64,000 nt of DNA. Source: an uncultured delta proteobacterium (GTDB lineage: Bacteria; Desulfobacterota; BSN033; UBA1163). The stretch's first letter is position 1. Each line of letters opens with the position of its first letter. Below the pieces are notes generated by a model. That model was not told where the DNA came from and did not search any database. It saw only the letters and a list, made by a program, of their open reading frames with translations. The stretch spans positions 448,001-512,000 of the forward strand of contig CAWHBU010000002.1 in the NCBI GenBank assembly GCA_963827685.1. The letters are read 5' to 3'. This document shows positions 20,465 to 30,236 of the stretch, one piece after another. A program made the position numbers and the translations under genes.

Positions 20465-21272
20465 TAATATACTCATGCTCCACGTTTTCGCAACCATTAT
20501 CATAGGTGATAGAGCGGAGAAGGGGTTGGGGGTAACGGCTGAGTCTGCGAGTGAGGGCACATCGCAAGTTCTGTGAGGTCTTGGCAGCCAATTTGGCCAA
20601 GTGCAGGTGTCTACTGGTTCTCTCAAGGGCTACCGCTAAAGCGGCCTTACTTGTTCGGGAGATTAACGTATCAGCTTCCCAATGGCCGGGTTGGATCCGG
20701 GTTTGGACCTCCAGGGGACGCTCTTTGATGGAGATCCGTCGTGGAATATGGAGTGTCTTATGCCGGTGCGAATGGGTACGGAGTCTACGGCGCTTGTGAG
20801 CCCGAGTCAGATAGGGCACCAGGTTCTGCTTCGTAGGGATCGATTTATCATAGATGAATTGATAAATGGCCTCATGGCTGATACGAAGGTCTGGATATTC
20901 TAAAGAAAGTCTTCCTGAAATCAGTTCGGGAGACCATTTGAGCTTGAGCTTTTTCATGATATACCTACGGATCAAAGGATTGCGTATTCGCTGTCGTTGG
21001 ACGGATTCATGTTTTCGTTTAACGGCTCTTTCATGGGCCCTATTGGCCAAGTAAACGTTGTAGATGGGCGATCGGTTACGCTTGAGTTCTCGTGAAATGG
21101 AACCTTTGTTTCGCCCGATACTCTCGGCTATCTCCGAGATGCTTTTACCTCGTGCGTGAAGATATGCAATTTTGTCTCTCTCTTCACTGGAGAGATGTTG
21201 ATAGTTTAGCTTTTCCATACACTTAGGATACTACGTCACCCTAAGTGTTGCACTTCATTATTGAACTGGCGA

Positions 21273-21369
21273 ATCTGATTACATGGATTATAGGAGAATT
21301 ACACAGATTAGAAATGCATTGAAAAAGGAAAAAATCCTTTTAATCATTCTTCGAAATCAGTGTAATCAG
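21273..21369. repeat. GATTACA-type inverted repeat element
   Basis: CTGATTACATGGATT / ATTACACAGATT on the left and AATCAGTGTAATCAG on the right. Confidence 0.5.
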
Positions 21370-21469
21370 GGGTCTCTGATAGAGATTTTGAGGGTTTTTC
21401 AGGGACCCCCAAAAAACTTATTGACAAATGGTGTCAAAACCCATAAAAATATAGTCATCTCAAAAAGTT

Positions 21470-21562
21470 GCCTTCCTACGCTAACATGCCTACCAAACTT
21501 GCCTCCGCCGAAGCGGGTACGCGCAGGCAGGCAAGTTCTTTGGCAGGGGGAGCTTCGAAGGG
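21470..21562. repeat. Nested miniature palindromes
   Basis: CCTTCCTACGCT...AGCTTCGAAGG enclosing TGCCTACCAAA...TTTGGCAGG, which encloses ACTTGCCT...AGGCAAGT. Confidence 0.5.
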
Positions 21563-21624
21563 TTCTGGCTTACGCAGCAATTAAGCCCATACTTTAGCCT
21601 CGGGGCTTTACCATAAAGGAACTT

Positions 21625-23391
21625 ATGCCTGAAGAGGTTTCAGCAGATAAAAAGGCTCTTGATGTCGGTCCAGAGATACCGTTGATCGAGGGAGTGGAAT
21701 CGGACGAGGAGTTCATCCTCGCCAGAGATTTAACGAGTGCCTTCGTCAAGGCGATCAAGGCCTTTCGTTTTTATCCACCCGACAACCCCGCCCTCAAGGG
21801 ATTCCGAGACCAGCTTCTTAAAAGATTCCAGTTTTTCTTGAATAAGTATCAGTCCTTCGTGATTCAGGTTGGAGAATACGACCTCTCCTTTAAGGGAAAG
21901 ATCATCTATCAAAATAAAGATGTGAAAACGAGTCTTGCTTTTCTCCTCTACAAAGATGGGTTAAGGGAAGTCCGTTTTATGAAGGGGGTCGAAGAATGGG
22001 AGGTTCAGGGGATCATTGATATCATCAAGCAGAGCGATAATATCAATCAATTAGAGGATGACATCGTCACCTTGATGTGGGAAAAAGATTTCGAACACAT
22101 CAGTCATTTGGCAACGGATGAATTCTTGGAGGAAACACCCGTCGTCATTCCGGATAATGTTGACGAGTTCAGGAAGAATCTGGTTTTCAAACCCCTTGCC
22201 CATCATGTGGAGGTAGAGCTTGCAGAAGAAGGTTCAGAGGAAGGAGCCGATTTGGACGAAATCCTCTCCAGCCTGATCGAAGAACCCGCTCCATTTGTTT
22301 CAGACCGGAGCGTCTATTTCCTCACGTCAGATGAGCTCGAAGGATTGAGAAAGGATGTCGAAGCCGAGATCGACCCCATTTTTGTATTCACGATCATGGA
22401 CATTCTCTTCGAGATATTGGCTTTGGAAAAAGAGCCTGATCCCTATCAAGATGCGGTGAATATCCTAATTAAAGTATTAGATGCTTTTTTGACTCTCGGC
22501 GAGTTCACCAAAGCGACCGATCTTTTGAAACGGGTGAATATCATTCTCAAGACTTATGACCTGCAGGATTGGCAGATCGAAAGCATCCGAAAAATCATCG
22601 TGGAAGCCGGTGGCGAGGTGCGGATCGAACGGATCGGGAAGGTTCTGGAGAGGGAGGAGGTCCGTTTGGAAGATGTCAACGCCTACCTCTCGCTCCTGCA
22701 AAAGAACTCCATCCCCCCCCTGATCAAGTTATTAGGGGAACTGAAGAACTCGAAGACGAGGAGGATGTTCTGTGATGCTCTCTCTGAAATCGGAAAGGAT
22801 TCGATTGAACTGATTACTCCTTTTATTGATGACCGACGATGGTATCTGGTTCGAAATATCACCTATATTTTGGGCCGAATCGGAAAGGAACAGTCCTTCC
22901 CTTACATCCAAAAGGTATTCAATCATGAAGAAAATCGGGTGAGGAGAGAAGCCATACAGGCACTGGGACTCATTGGTGGACCGAAGGCCATCGGACTATT
23001 GGTGAGGGCTCTCACAGACAATGACGTTCGAATTCGCTGTATGGCAGCCATTAATTTAGGAAAGGTGGGTAAAGAAACGGGCCTCATCTCCCTTTTAGAA
23101 GTGGTGCAAACCAAAGATTTTTACAAAAGAGAACCGGTGGAAATCAAGGCCTTCTTTAACGCGATCGGAATGGCGGGTTCCAATGAAGCGATCCCTGTGC
23201 TGCAACAACTCTTGGAACGAAAGAGTTGGTTCGTTCGAGGAAAAACAGATGAAATCCGCACTGGAGCTGCCAACGCGATAGCCATGATTGGAACTCCTGA
23301 GGCAAAGGCCATCCTGGAAGTGGGAGAAGATTCAAAGGACGAATCCATCCGGGATGCTTGCACACAAGCCTTGAAGAGCCAATTCCCCTAA
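21625..23391 (+). CDS. HEAT-repeat protein
   Basis: C-terminal repeats WYLVRN...LG, RVRREAIQALG, VRIRCMAAINLG. Confidence 0.85.
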   Translation: MPEEVSADKKALDVGPEIPLIEGVESDEEFILARDLTSAFVKAIKAFRFYPPDNPALKGFRDQLLKRFQFFLNKYQSFVIQVGEYDLSFKGKIIYQNKDVKTSLAFLLYKDGLREVRFMKGVEEWEVQGIIDIIKQSDNINQLEDDIVTLMWEKDFEHISHLATDEFLEETPVVIPDNVDEFRKNLVFKPLAHHVEVELAEEGSEEGADLDEILSSLIEEPAPFVSDRSVYFLTSDELEGLRKDVEAEIDPIFVFTIMDILFEILALEKEPDPYQDAVNILIKVLDAFLTLGEFTKATDLLKRVNIILKTYDLQDWQIESIRKIIVEAGGEVRIERIGKVLEREEVRLEDVNAYLSLLQKNSIPPLIKLLGELKNSKTRRMFCDALSEIGKDSIELITPFIDDRRWYLVRNITYILGRIGKEQSFPYIQKVFNHEENRVRREAIQALGLIGGPKAIGLLVRALTDNDVRIRCMAAINLGKVGKETGLISLLEVVQTKDFYKREPVEIKAFFNAIGMAGSNEAIPVLQQLLERKSWFVRGKTDEIRTGAANAIAMIGTPEAKAILEVGEDSKDESIRDACTQALKSQFP

Positions 23392-23403
23392 GGAGTCTAT
23401 GGT

Positions 23404-24855
23404 TTGATGCCAAAAGAAAAACCCAACCTTGATCATGAACATCGACCGACAAAATTAGGGACAGAATTTATCACAAAATTCTACCGACTGCTAAAAGGAA
23501 CCACGATCTATGATCAGAAGAATGTCATCATCGATCGCCTCACCCAGGAATGTGTTCAGGTGATCAATGGCATCGTCCGATCAGAAGGAAATCTTTTCCT
23601 AAAAATCGTTCGGGATAATTTCTTTTTTAATAATACCCGGATCATCGTAAGAGCTGACAAATATCCCATTTTCAAAGCTTTTTGGCAGGACATGAGAAAG
23701 AGGTGGATCGGGGAGGTGGAGTTCTCAGAAGAGGTGAACGCGGAACATCTCAAAGATTTTATTTATCTCCTTTCAGGGCTGGAGGAAAATAACGAGAGCA
23801 ATTACCTTTATGTCAAGAAGCAATTGGAATACCGAAACATCGAATCCATCGAAGTCGGGAAATTGGAGTTTTATAAAGACGAGGAAATCTATGTCGATTC
23901 CGAGGATCAGAAGAAATATTCGAAGGAGGTTTATTTCAAATCCATTAGTTTAGTCAAAGAAGTCGTGGAAGGCATTAATCAACAAAAAGCGCTCAACATC
24001 CGAAAAGCCAAACGTCTCATGCAGAACGCCGTCAACGCGATCATGCAGGATGATTCCACTCTGTTGGGATTGGCGAATATTAAGAATTATGATGAATACA
24101 CCTTCAATCATTCTGTAAATGTAGCCATCTATGCCATCGCTTTGGGCCAGAGGATCGGGATTCCCAAAAAGCACCTTTCCCATCTGGGCATGGCAGGTTT
24201 GTTCCATGACATGGGAAAGACGAAGATTCCGAAAGAGATCCTTAACAAAACAGGGAAATTGTCACCGGAGGAGTGGTCGATCATGCGATCCCATCCTGTC
24301 ATCGGGACGGAGCTCATCATGCGGATGAAGGAATGGGGAGAACTCTCCACCCGGATGATTGAAGGCGCTTTTGAACACCACCTTCGATATGATTTGACGG
24401 GATATCCGAAGCTTACCCGAAAGAGGAAGATCAGCCTGTTCGGCAGGATCATCACCATTGCTGATTTCTACGATGCTTTGGTGAGGCCGAGGGTCTATAA
24501 TCGATTCCCTTATGTCTCGGAAAAAATCCTGGGAATCATGCTGGAACGAAGTGGAAAAGACTTCGACCCTGCTGTCGTCAAAGTCTTCATTAACATGATC
24601 GGGATCTTTCCGCTCGGAACCCTGGTTTTATTAAACACCAATGAGATGGGGATTGTCACCCAGATCCAGGAGGAGACAGAACTGATCGATCGGCCCAAGG
24701 TCTGCCTCCTTTATTATGGCGATGGAGAATATCGGAAAGGAAAAGTGGTGGATCTGAGGGAGATGGATGAAGCAACCAGGAATTTCAAGAGGAGCATCGT
24801 CAAGACCGTCGATCCGAATGAATATAATATCAACGTCGCGGAATATCTCATGTAA
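23404..24855 (+). CDS. HD-GYP domain phosphodiesterase
   Basis: TFNHSVNV, FHDMGK, HHLRYDLTGYP, IADFYDAL, FDP. Confidence 0.92.
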   Translation: MMPKEKPNLDHEHRPTKLGTEFITKFYRLLKGTTIYDQKNVIIDRLTQECVQVINGIVRSEGNLFLKIVRDNFFFNNTRIIVRADKYPIFKAFWQDMRKRWIGEVEFSEEVNAEHLKDFIYLLSGLEENNESNYLYVKKQLEYRNIESIEVGKLEFYKDEEIYVDSEDQKKYSKEVYFKSISLVKEVVEGINQQKALNIRKAKRLMQNAVNAIMQDDSTLLGLANIKNYDEYTFNHSVNVAIYAIALGQRIGIPKKHLSHLGMAGLFHDMGKTKIPKEILNKTGKLSPEEWSIMRSHPVIGTELIMRMKEWGELSTRMIEGAFEHHLRYDLTGYPKLTRKRKISLFGRIITIADFYDALVRPRVYNRFPYVSEKILGIMLERSGKDFDPAVVKVFINMIGIFPLGTLVLLNTNEMGIVTQIQEETELIDRPKVCLLYYGDGEYRKGKVVDLREMDEATRNFKRSIVKTVDPNEYNINVAEYLM

Positions 24856-24857
24856 TA

Positions 24858-24953
24858 AATTGAGGAATTTAGGAATTGCGAATTTTCTTTGATTCAATAT
24901 TCTAGTCTTTCAAACTCCAATCCCTCAATCCCTGAATCCCTGAATTCCTCAAT
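24858..24953. repeat. Octamer repeat inverted pair between convergent genes
   Basis: AATTGAGG/AATTTAGG/AATTGCG versus AATCCCTC/AATCCCTG/AATCCCTG/AATTCCTC. Confidence 0.6.
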
Positions 24954-24954
24954 C

Positions 24955-25425
24955 TCATTTGATTTTCTTCTTTTTCGATTCTTCCCATAAATGATCCATT
25001 TCGATGAGGTTAGACTGACGAAAAGATCTTCCTTCCCTGTAGAGGGAATTCTCAATATAATGAAATCGAGATACGAATTTGTCTACTGTTTTTCTCAATG
25101 CCTCCTCCGGGTGGATGTGGAGAAACCGCGAAACGTTTGCCAGAACAAAAAGGAGGTCTCCGATTTCTTCGCGAATCCTTCTTCTGTCTCGAAGGGAAAG
25201 GGCTTCTCTAAACTCCCTCATTTCTTCATCCAATTTATTCAATACCCCTTCGATATTTGGCCAATCAAATCCCACCCGGGAGACCCTTCGGGTCAATTGA
25301 TAGGCCTGAGAGAGAGAGGAGGAATTTTTGGATACCCCTTCGAGAATGGATCTCCATCCCTTTATTGAGTCTCTCTTCTTCAACCGACAAGGGATATCTC
25401 TCCCTCTCTTTTTCCTCATCTTCAT
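24955..25425 (-). CDS. Short MazG-like nucleotide pyrophosphohydrolase (C-terminal domain only)
   Basis: VGFDW, KLDEEMREF, EEIGDLLF, KFVSRFHYIE, MDHLWEE; GGGAGG RBS before ATG at 25425. Confidence 0.8.
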   Translation of the reverse strand: MKMRKKRGRDIPCRLKKRDSIKGWRSILEGVSKNSSSLSQAYQLTRRVSRVGFDWPNIEGVLNKLDEEMREFREALSLRDRRRIREEIGDLLFVLANVSRFLHIHPEEALRKTVDKFVSRFHYIENSLYREGRSFRQSNLIEMDHLWEESKKKKIK

Positions 25426-25441
25426 CAGTACCTCCCGATTC

Positions 25442-25684
25442 CCCAATTCCGATTTAGAGAACGAAACCTATTTTCCATTCCGTCATTGCGAGCACCTGAA
25501 AGGTGCGTGCCTGCACGCCGAAGTGCTTGCCTTTGTTGAAGCAGATACTTGCAGCCAAACGTTCCGGCACGCAGGCGTGCCTGCGCGCTGAAGCGCTCCG
25601 GCGCGCAAGCGTGGCAATCTAACGGAAAAAGGTGAGATTGCTTCGGTTCCGTCGTAATGACAATTTTCTAAATCGGAATTTGGG
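25442..25684. mobile_element. MITE-like element enclosing a GTCATTGCGAG...GTAATGAC palindrome with nested inserts
   Basis: Terminal IR AATTCCGATTTAGA / TCTAAATCGGAATT; inner element 25482-25661 is homologous to 37344-37506. Confidence 0.65.
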
Positions 25685-25814
25685 CAATTTTATAAGATTG
25701 CTAAGTTCCTGTTTTTATGTTATTTAAATACCTCTAAAAATAAAGGATTTTAAGCTTTTGTTCAACGAAAAGAAATATTTCATAAAAGATGATCGTGATT
25801 AGGAAGGAAGGGCA

Positions 25815-28616
25815 ATGGATTATCGTCATACATTGAATCTCCCAAAAACCGACTTCCCTATGAAGGCCAATTTAGCGAAGAGGGAACCGGATATCCTGAA
25901 GGCCTGGGAGGCAAATGGAACTTACCGCCAATTAAGCCAGCAGGCGAAAGGGAAACCGAAATATATCCTCCACGATGGTCCTCCCTACGCCAATGGAAAC
26001 ATTCACATCGGGACCGCCTTGAATAAAATCCTCAAGGACTTCATTGTTAAATCGAAGTTCATGACAGGGTTTGATAGCCATTATGTTCCAGGATGGGACT
26101 GCCATGGATTGCCCGTTGAACACGAGGTGGAAAAGAGCCTCGGTTCGAAGAAAGGAAAACTCTCCATCGTTGAAATCCGGAGAAGATGCCGCGATTACGC
26201 AGCCAAATTTGTGGGAATTCAGAGAGAGGAATTCAAACGCCTTGGGGTTTTTGGGGAGTGGGAGAATCCCTATCTGACCATGAATTTTGAATATCAGGCA
26301 ACGATTGTGCGAGAGTTCGGAAAGTTTCTTATGGATGGTTCGGTTTACAAAGGAAAGAAACCCGTCTACTGGTGCCCCACTTGCAAAACGGCATTGGCTG
26401 AGGCAGAGGTGAAATACGAAGATCTCCGTTCCTCCTCCATCTATGTGAAATTTAAAATGGTCTCCACCCCCTCCCACCTCGAAGGGGAGGGTAAGGGTGG
26501 GGGGGATATCGGGGATGTCTTTCCCAGTCTTAAAGGGAAACCTGTCTCTGTCATTATCTGGACAACCACTCCCTGGACGATCCCAGCCAATTTAGCGATT
26601 GCACTCCATCCAGATTTCACCTATGTGGCAGTGGACGTAGGTGGTGAGATCTATATCCTGGCAGAGGGCCTCTTGGAAGAGGTGATGAAGAAATTCGGGA
26701 TCAAGAAATATAAGGTATTGGAAAAATTTGCAGGGAAGAGATTAGAAGGACTCAAAGCGCGCCATCCCTTCCTCGACCGGGACTCCTTCATCATTCTCGC
26801 CTCCTACGTAACCTTAGATGCCGGAACAGGATGTGTTCATACAGCACCAGGGCACGGTCAGGAGGACTATGAAAGTGGAGTTCAATATGGTCTGGAGGTC
26901 TACAGCCCGGTCGATGATGATGGCCGCTTTACCAAGGATGTTCTTTTCTTTGCAGGACAGTTCGTTTTTGATGCGAATGATGCTGTGAATAAGAAGCTTG
27001 CCGAGGTTGGAGCGCTCCTCAAGGAAGAGATGATGGTGCATTCCTATCCCCATTGCTGGCGGACCAATGACCCGATCATCTTTCGAGCCACAGAGCAATG
27101 GTTCATTTCGATGGATAAGAAGGGATTGAGACAGAATGCCCTGAAAGCCATCGGTGAAGTAACCTGGATTCCTCCCTGGGGAAGGGATCGGATCTACGGG
27201 ATGATTGAGAACCGACCTGATTGGTGTGTCTCCAGACAGAGGGCCTGGGGGATTCCCATTACCGTCTTTTACTGTTCCGCCTGCAAACAACCCCTGGTCA
27301 GTCAGGAAACCATTGATCATATCGTCCGCCTTTTTGAGGTGAAGGGAGCGGACATCTGGTTTGAAGAAGGAACGAATCACCTTTTGCCTAAAGGAACCCA
27401 ATGTGCGCAATGCGGGGGAAAAGATTTTACAAAGGAGATGGACATACTGGATGTCTGGTTTGACTCAGGAGTTTCCTATGCAGCCGTCCTTGAGAAAAGG
27501 AAGGACCTTGTCTTTCCAGCCAGTCTCTATCTGGAAGGAAGTGATCAACACCGGGGATGGTTCCATAGTTCTCTTCTAACTTCGGTCGGGACGAGGGGTC
27601 GTGCCCCTTATCTTTCCGTCCTCACCCATGGGTTTGTCGTGGACGGAGAGGGGAAAAAGATGTCCAAGTCAGCGGGGAATGTGATTGCACCCGAAGAAGT
27701 CATCAATCAATTGGGAGCCGATGTCCTGAGACTCTGGGTAGCGGCAGAGGATTACAAGGATGACATTAAGATCTCCAACGAGATCCTGAAACGGCTGGCC
27801 GATAGCTACTTTCGTATCCGAAACACCTTCCGCTTTCTATTAGGAAATCTCTACGACTTCGATCCCGAGAAAGATCGAATCCCCTATCACGAACTCCATG
27901 AGATGGACCGATGGGCTCTCCATCAGCTTCAAAAACTTATCGCCAGAATTTGCGAGGCTTATGAGCGTTTCGAGTTCCACACGGTCTACCATAGTGTTCA
28001 GAATTTTTGTGCCGTGGAGATGAGTGCTCTCTATTTTGATATCTTGAAGGATCGACTTTATACATTTTCATCCCGGTCTCGTGGTCGTAAATCGGCTCAG
28101 ACCGCCCTTTATGAGATTTTGGAAGCCCTGACCCGCCTCATGGCTCCTATTCTTTCTTTCACTGCGGAAGAAGTTTGGAAATACCTTCCTCAAGAGCCGG
28201 GGAAAGCGGGAAGTGTTCATCTCACATCGTTTCCTGAAGTGAAAAGTGAATATTTGGACGATGCCTTGAACGAGCGATGGGAGAAGATCTGGGAAATCCG
28301 GGCGATCGTGACGAAAGTCTTGGAAGAGGCCCGGAAGGAGAAGGTGATCGGACTTTCGTTAGATGCACAGGTCCACCTCCATCTTCCTGAAGAGGTCTTT
28401 TCATTTCTTGAACGCTATGAGAAGGATCTGAAGTCAATCTTTATTGTCTCCTCGGTCACCCTTCATCAAATCAAGGATAAAAAAGAGGTGAGGGCGGAAG
28501 TACTCCGGGCAGATGGTAAAAAGTGTGAAAGATGCTGGAACTATGATGTGAGTGTGGGGCACTATCCAGAGCATCAAGCCATCTGCGATAGGTGTGTGGA
28601 GGTAATCCAGAAATAA
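25815..28616 (+). CDS. ileS: Isoleucine--tRNA ligase
   Basis: HDGPPYANGNIHIGT, GWDCHGLP, WTTTPWT, KMSKS, C-terminal CERCW...CDRC. Confidence 0.99.
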   Translation: MDYRHTLNLPKTDFPMKANLAKREPDILKAWEANGTYRQLSQQAKGKPKYILHDGPPYANGNIHIGTALNKILKDFIVKSKFMTGFDSHYVPGWDCHGLPVEHEVEKSLGSKKGKLSIVEIRRRCRDYAAKFVGIQREEFKRLGVFGEWENPYLTMNFEYQATIVREFGKFLMDGSVYKGKKPVYWCPTCKTALAEAEVKYEDLRSSSIYVKFKMVSTPSHLEGEGKGGGDIGDVFPSLKGKPVSVIIWTTTPWTIPANLAIALHPDFTYVAVDVGGEIYILAEGLLEEVMKKFGIKKYKVLEKFAGKRLEGLKARHPFLDRDSFIILASYVTLDAGTGCVHTAPGHGQEDYESGVQYGLEVYSPVDDDGRFTKDVLFFAGQFVFDANDAVNKKLAEVGALLKEEMMVHSYPHCWRTNDPIIFRATEQWFISMDKKGLRQNALKAIGEVTWIPPWGRDRIYGMIENRPDWCVSRQRAWGIPITVFYCSACKQPLVSQETIDHIVRLFEVKGADIWFEEGTNHLLPKGTQCAQCGGKDFTKEMDILDVWFDSGVSYAAVLEKRKDLVFPASLYLEGSDQHRGWFHSSLLTSVGTRGRAPYLSVLTHGFVVDGEGKKMSKSAGNVIAPEEVINQLGADVLRLWVAAEDYKDDIKISNEILKRLADSYFRIRNTFRFLLGNLYDFDPEKDRIPYHELHEMDRWALHQLQKLIARICEAYERFEFHTVYHSVQNFCAVEMSALYFDILKDRLYTFSSRSRGRKSAQTALYEILEALTRLMAPILSFTAEEVWKYLPQEPGKAGSVHLTSFPEVKSEYLDDALNERWEKIWEIRAIVTKVLEEARKEKVIGLSLDAQVHLHLPEEVFSFLERYEKDLKSIFIVSSVTLHQIKDKKEVRAEVLRADGKKCERCWNYDVSVGHYPEHQAICDRCVEVIQK

Positions 28617-28751
28617 CCACGAAATCCCAAGCACCAAATAACAAACAAATTCCAATGTTCAAAATTCAAAATCTCAAACAAAGTCTTTTTGATTTTTTGT
28701 AAATTGGTGATTGAAATTTATTTGGGACTTGGGATTTGGAATTTGGGACTT
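28617..28751. repeat. Heptamer repeat inverted pair
   Basis: AAATCCC/AAGCACC/AAATAAC...AAATTCC versus TTGGGAC/TTGGGAT/TTGGAAT. Confidence 0.65.
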
Positions 28752-28809
28752 AAGATGGGAAATTACGAAACAAATTTTAATTCCGAATGGGTTCGTCGTT
28801 AGCGTGGAC

Positions 28810-29322
28810 ATGAAACGAAAATATTGGATTCTTTTGATTTTCTTTTTTGGGATTCTTTTGTTAGATCAATGGACTAAATATATGGTTGTACAGAAGTTAC
28901 CTCTCTATCAAAGGGTGGAGGTGATCCAAGGATTTTTCAATCTCACCCATGTCAGGAATACGGGCGGTGCCTTTGGAATATTTGGAGGAGAGAAGGGTGG
29001 ACTCAGTTCCGCGCTCTTTGTGGTCGTCTCCCTGATCGCCGTTGGCGCCATTATCTTTTTCTTCGCTAAAGTCAAGGAGAGTGAGAAAATCCTTGCTCTC
29101 TCATTTTCTCTCATTCTGAGCGGTGCGATTGGAAATCTCATTGACCGTCTCCGATACGGGGAGGTTGTAGATTTCCTCGACTTTCATCTATCTACCTACC
29201 ATTGGCCTGCCTTCAATATTGCAGATTCTGCCATCTGTATCGGTATCGGTTTGATGGCCTTAGAGGTATTGATCAGGGATCGTAAGAAAAGCACCAAGTC
29301 CCAAGCACCAAATCCCAAATAA
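28810..29322 (+). CDS. lspA: Lipoprotein signal peptidase II
   Basis: DQWTK, NTGGAFG, GAIGNLIDR, VVDF, FNIAD; ATG at 28810 preferred because the upstream extension is repeat-derived. Confidence 0.96.
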   Translation: MKRKYWILLIFFFGILLLDQWTKYMVVQKLPLYQRVEVIQGFFNLTHVRNTGGAFGIFGGEKGGLSSALFVVVSLIAVGAIIFFFAKVKESEKILALSFSLILSGAIGNLIDRLRYGEVVDFLDFHLSTYHWPAFNIADSAICIGIGLMALEVLIRDRKKSTKSQAPNPK

Positions 29323-29460
29323 ATTCCAATGAACCAAATCCCAAATACGAAAAAATATTTTGGTCATTGTAAATTGGACCTTGGGAGTTATTTGTAATTT
29401 GAGATTTGGAATTTGGGATTTATACTCATAACTCATAACTCTAAACTCATAACTCCAAAA
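29288..29460. repeat. Heptamer repeat inverted pair plus AACTCAT array
   Basis: Same family as 28617; supplies the lspA C-terminus (STKSQAPNPK). Confidence 0.65.
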
Positions 29461-29461
29461 G

Positions 29462-30232
29462 ATGTACCCCATCCTGTTTCAGTTCGGCAGTCTCCATATT
29501 TACGCATACGGGTTCTTTATCGTTGTGGGCTTTGCCACAGCAGTGGTTCTTGCGGCCCTGAAAATTCGAAAATCAAATAGTGGGGTTTCTTTTGGAAATA
29601 TCGTGGACCTCTTCTTCTACACGGTCCTGTCAAGTTTTATTGGATCGAGATTACTGTTTGTATTAATCAATTTCGATGTTTATCGTCAACATCCCGCGCA
29701 GATATTCAAAATATGGGAAGGAGGATTGGTCTTTTATGGAGGACTTGCCCTGGCCGTCATGGTTGCCTTCTGGTATATGAAGTGGCACCGATTGCCCATC
29801 TGGAAATTGGCTGATCTTATTTCGCCTCTGATTGCTCTGGGCCTCTCTTTTGGCAGGATAGGCTGCTTTTTCGCGGGGTGTTGCTATGGAAAAGAGACCT
29901 CCCTTCCATGGGCGGTGGTCTTTAAGAATTCGGACTCGTTGGCCAGGTTGAATATTCCCCTTCATCCCACCCAGCTCTACGATGCGGTCAATGGCTTAGC
30001 CATCTTCTTCTTTCTAAGCTGGATGGAAAAGAGGAAGACTTTCGACGGCCAAATCTTCTGGCTCTTCCTCTTCCTCTATGCCACCACACGTTTTTTCATT
30101 GAAATATTTAGAGGCGACCCGAGGGGATTTCTATTCGGAGATCTGCTTTCTACCTCCCAGGCGATAGGTATCCTGTTGACCATTTTCTCTCTTTTTATGT
30201 TATTCTATATAAAGAAACGGTATCGGAGATAG
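29462..30232 (+). CDS. lgt: Prolipoprotein diacylglyceryl transferase
   Basis: IWEGGLVFYGG, GRIGCF, HPTQLY, RFFIEIFR. Confidence 0.96.
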   Translation: MYPILFQFGSLHIYAYGFFIVVGFATAVVLAALKIRKSNSGVSFGNIVDLFFYTVLSSFIGSRLLFVLINFDVYRQHPAQIFKIWEGGLVFYGGLALAVMVAFWYMKWHRLPIWKLADLISPLIALGLSFGRIGCFFAGCCYGKETSLPWAVVFKNSDSLARLNIPLHPTQLYDAVNGLAIFFFLSWMEKRKTFDGQIFWLFLFLYATTRFFIEIFRGDPRGFLFGDLLSTSQAIGILLTIFSLFMLFYIKKRYRR

Positions 30233-30236
30233 AAAG

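Larger units (their letters stand above)
19119..21218 (-). pseudogene. IS30 transposase split into 20465-21218 and 19119-19359
   Basis: HTH (GRNKGSISRELKRN), GHWEADT, SITYDNG.E, SWEKTSIEN, LNTRPRKCL; the halves rejoin in frame as EYINKVLG once IS630 is removed. Confidence 0.9.
19113..21270 (-). mobile_element. IS30-family insertion sequence, interrupted by IS630
   Basis: Imperfect 26-bp IRs sharing TTCAA-A-TGAAGTGCAACAC at 19113-19138 and 21245-21270. Confidence 0.9.

Noticed and set aside
28617-29460. CRISPR array
   Set aside because: Units are 7-mers without unique spacers; no cas genes.
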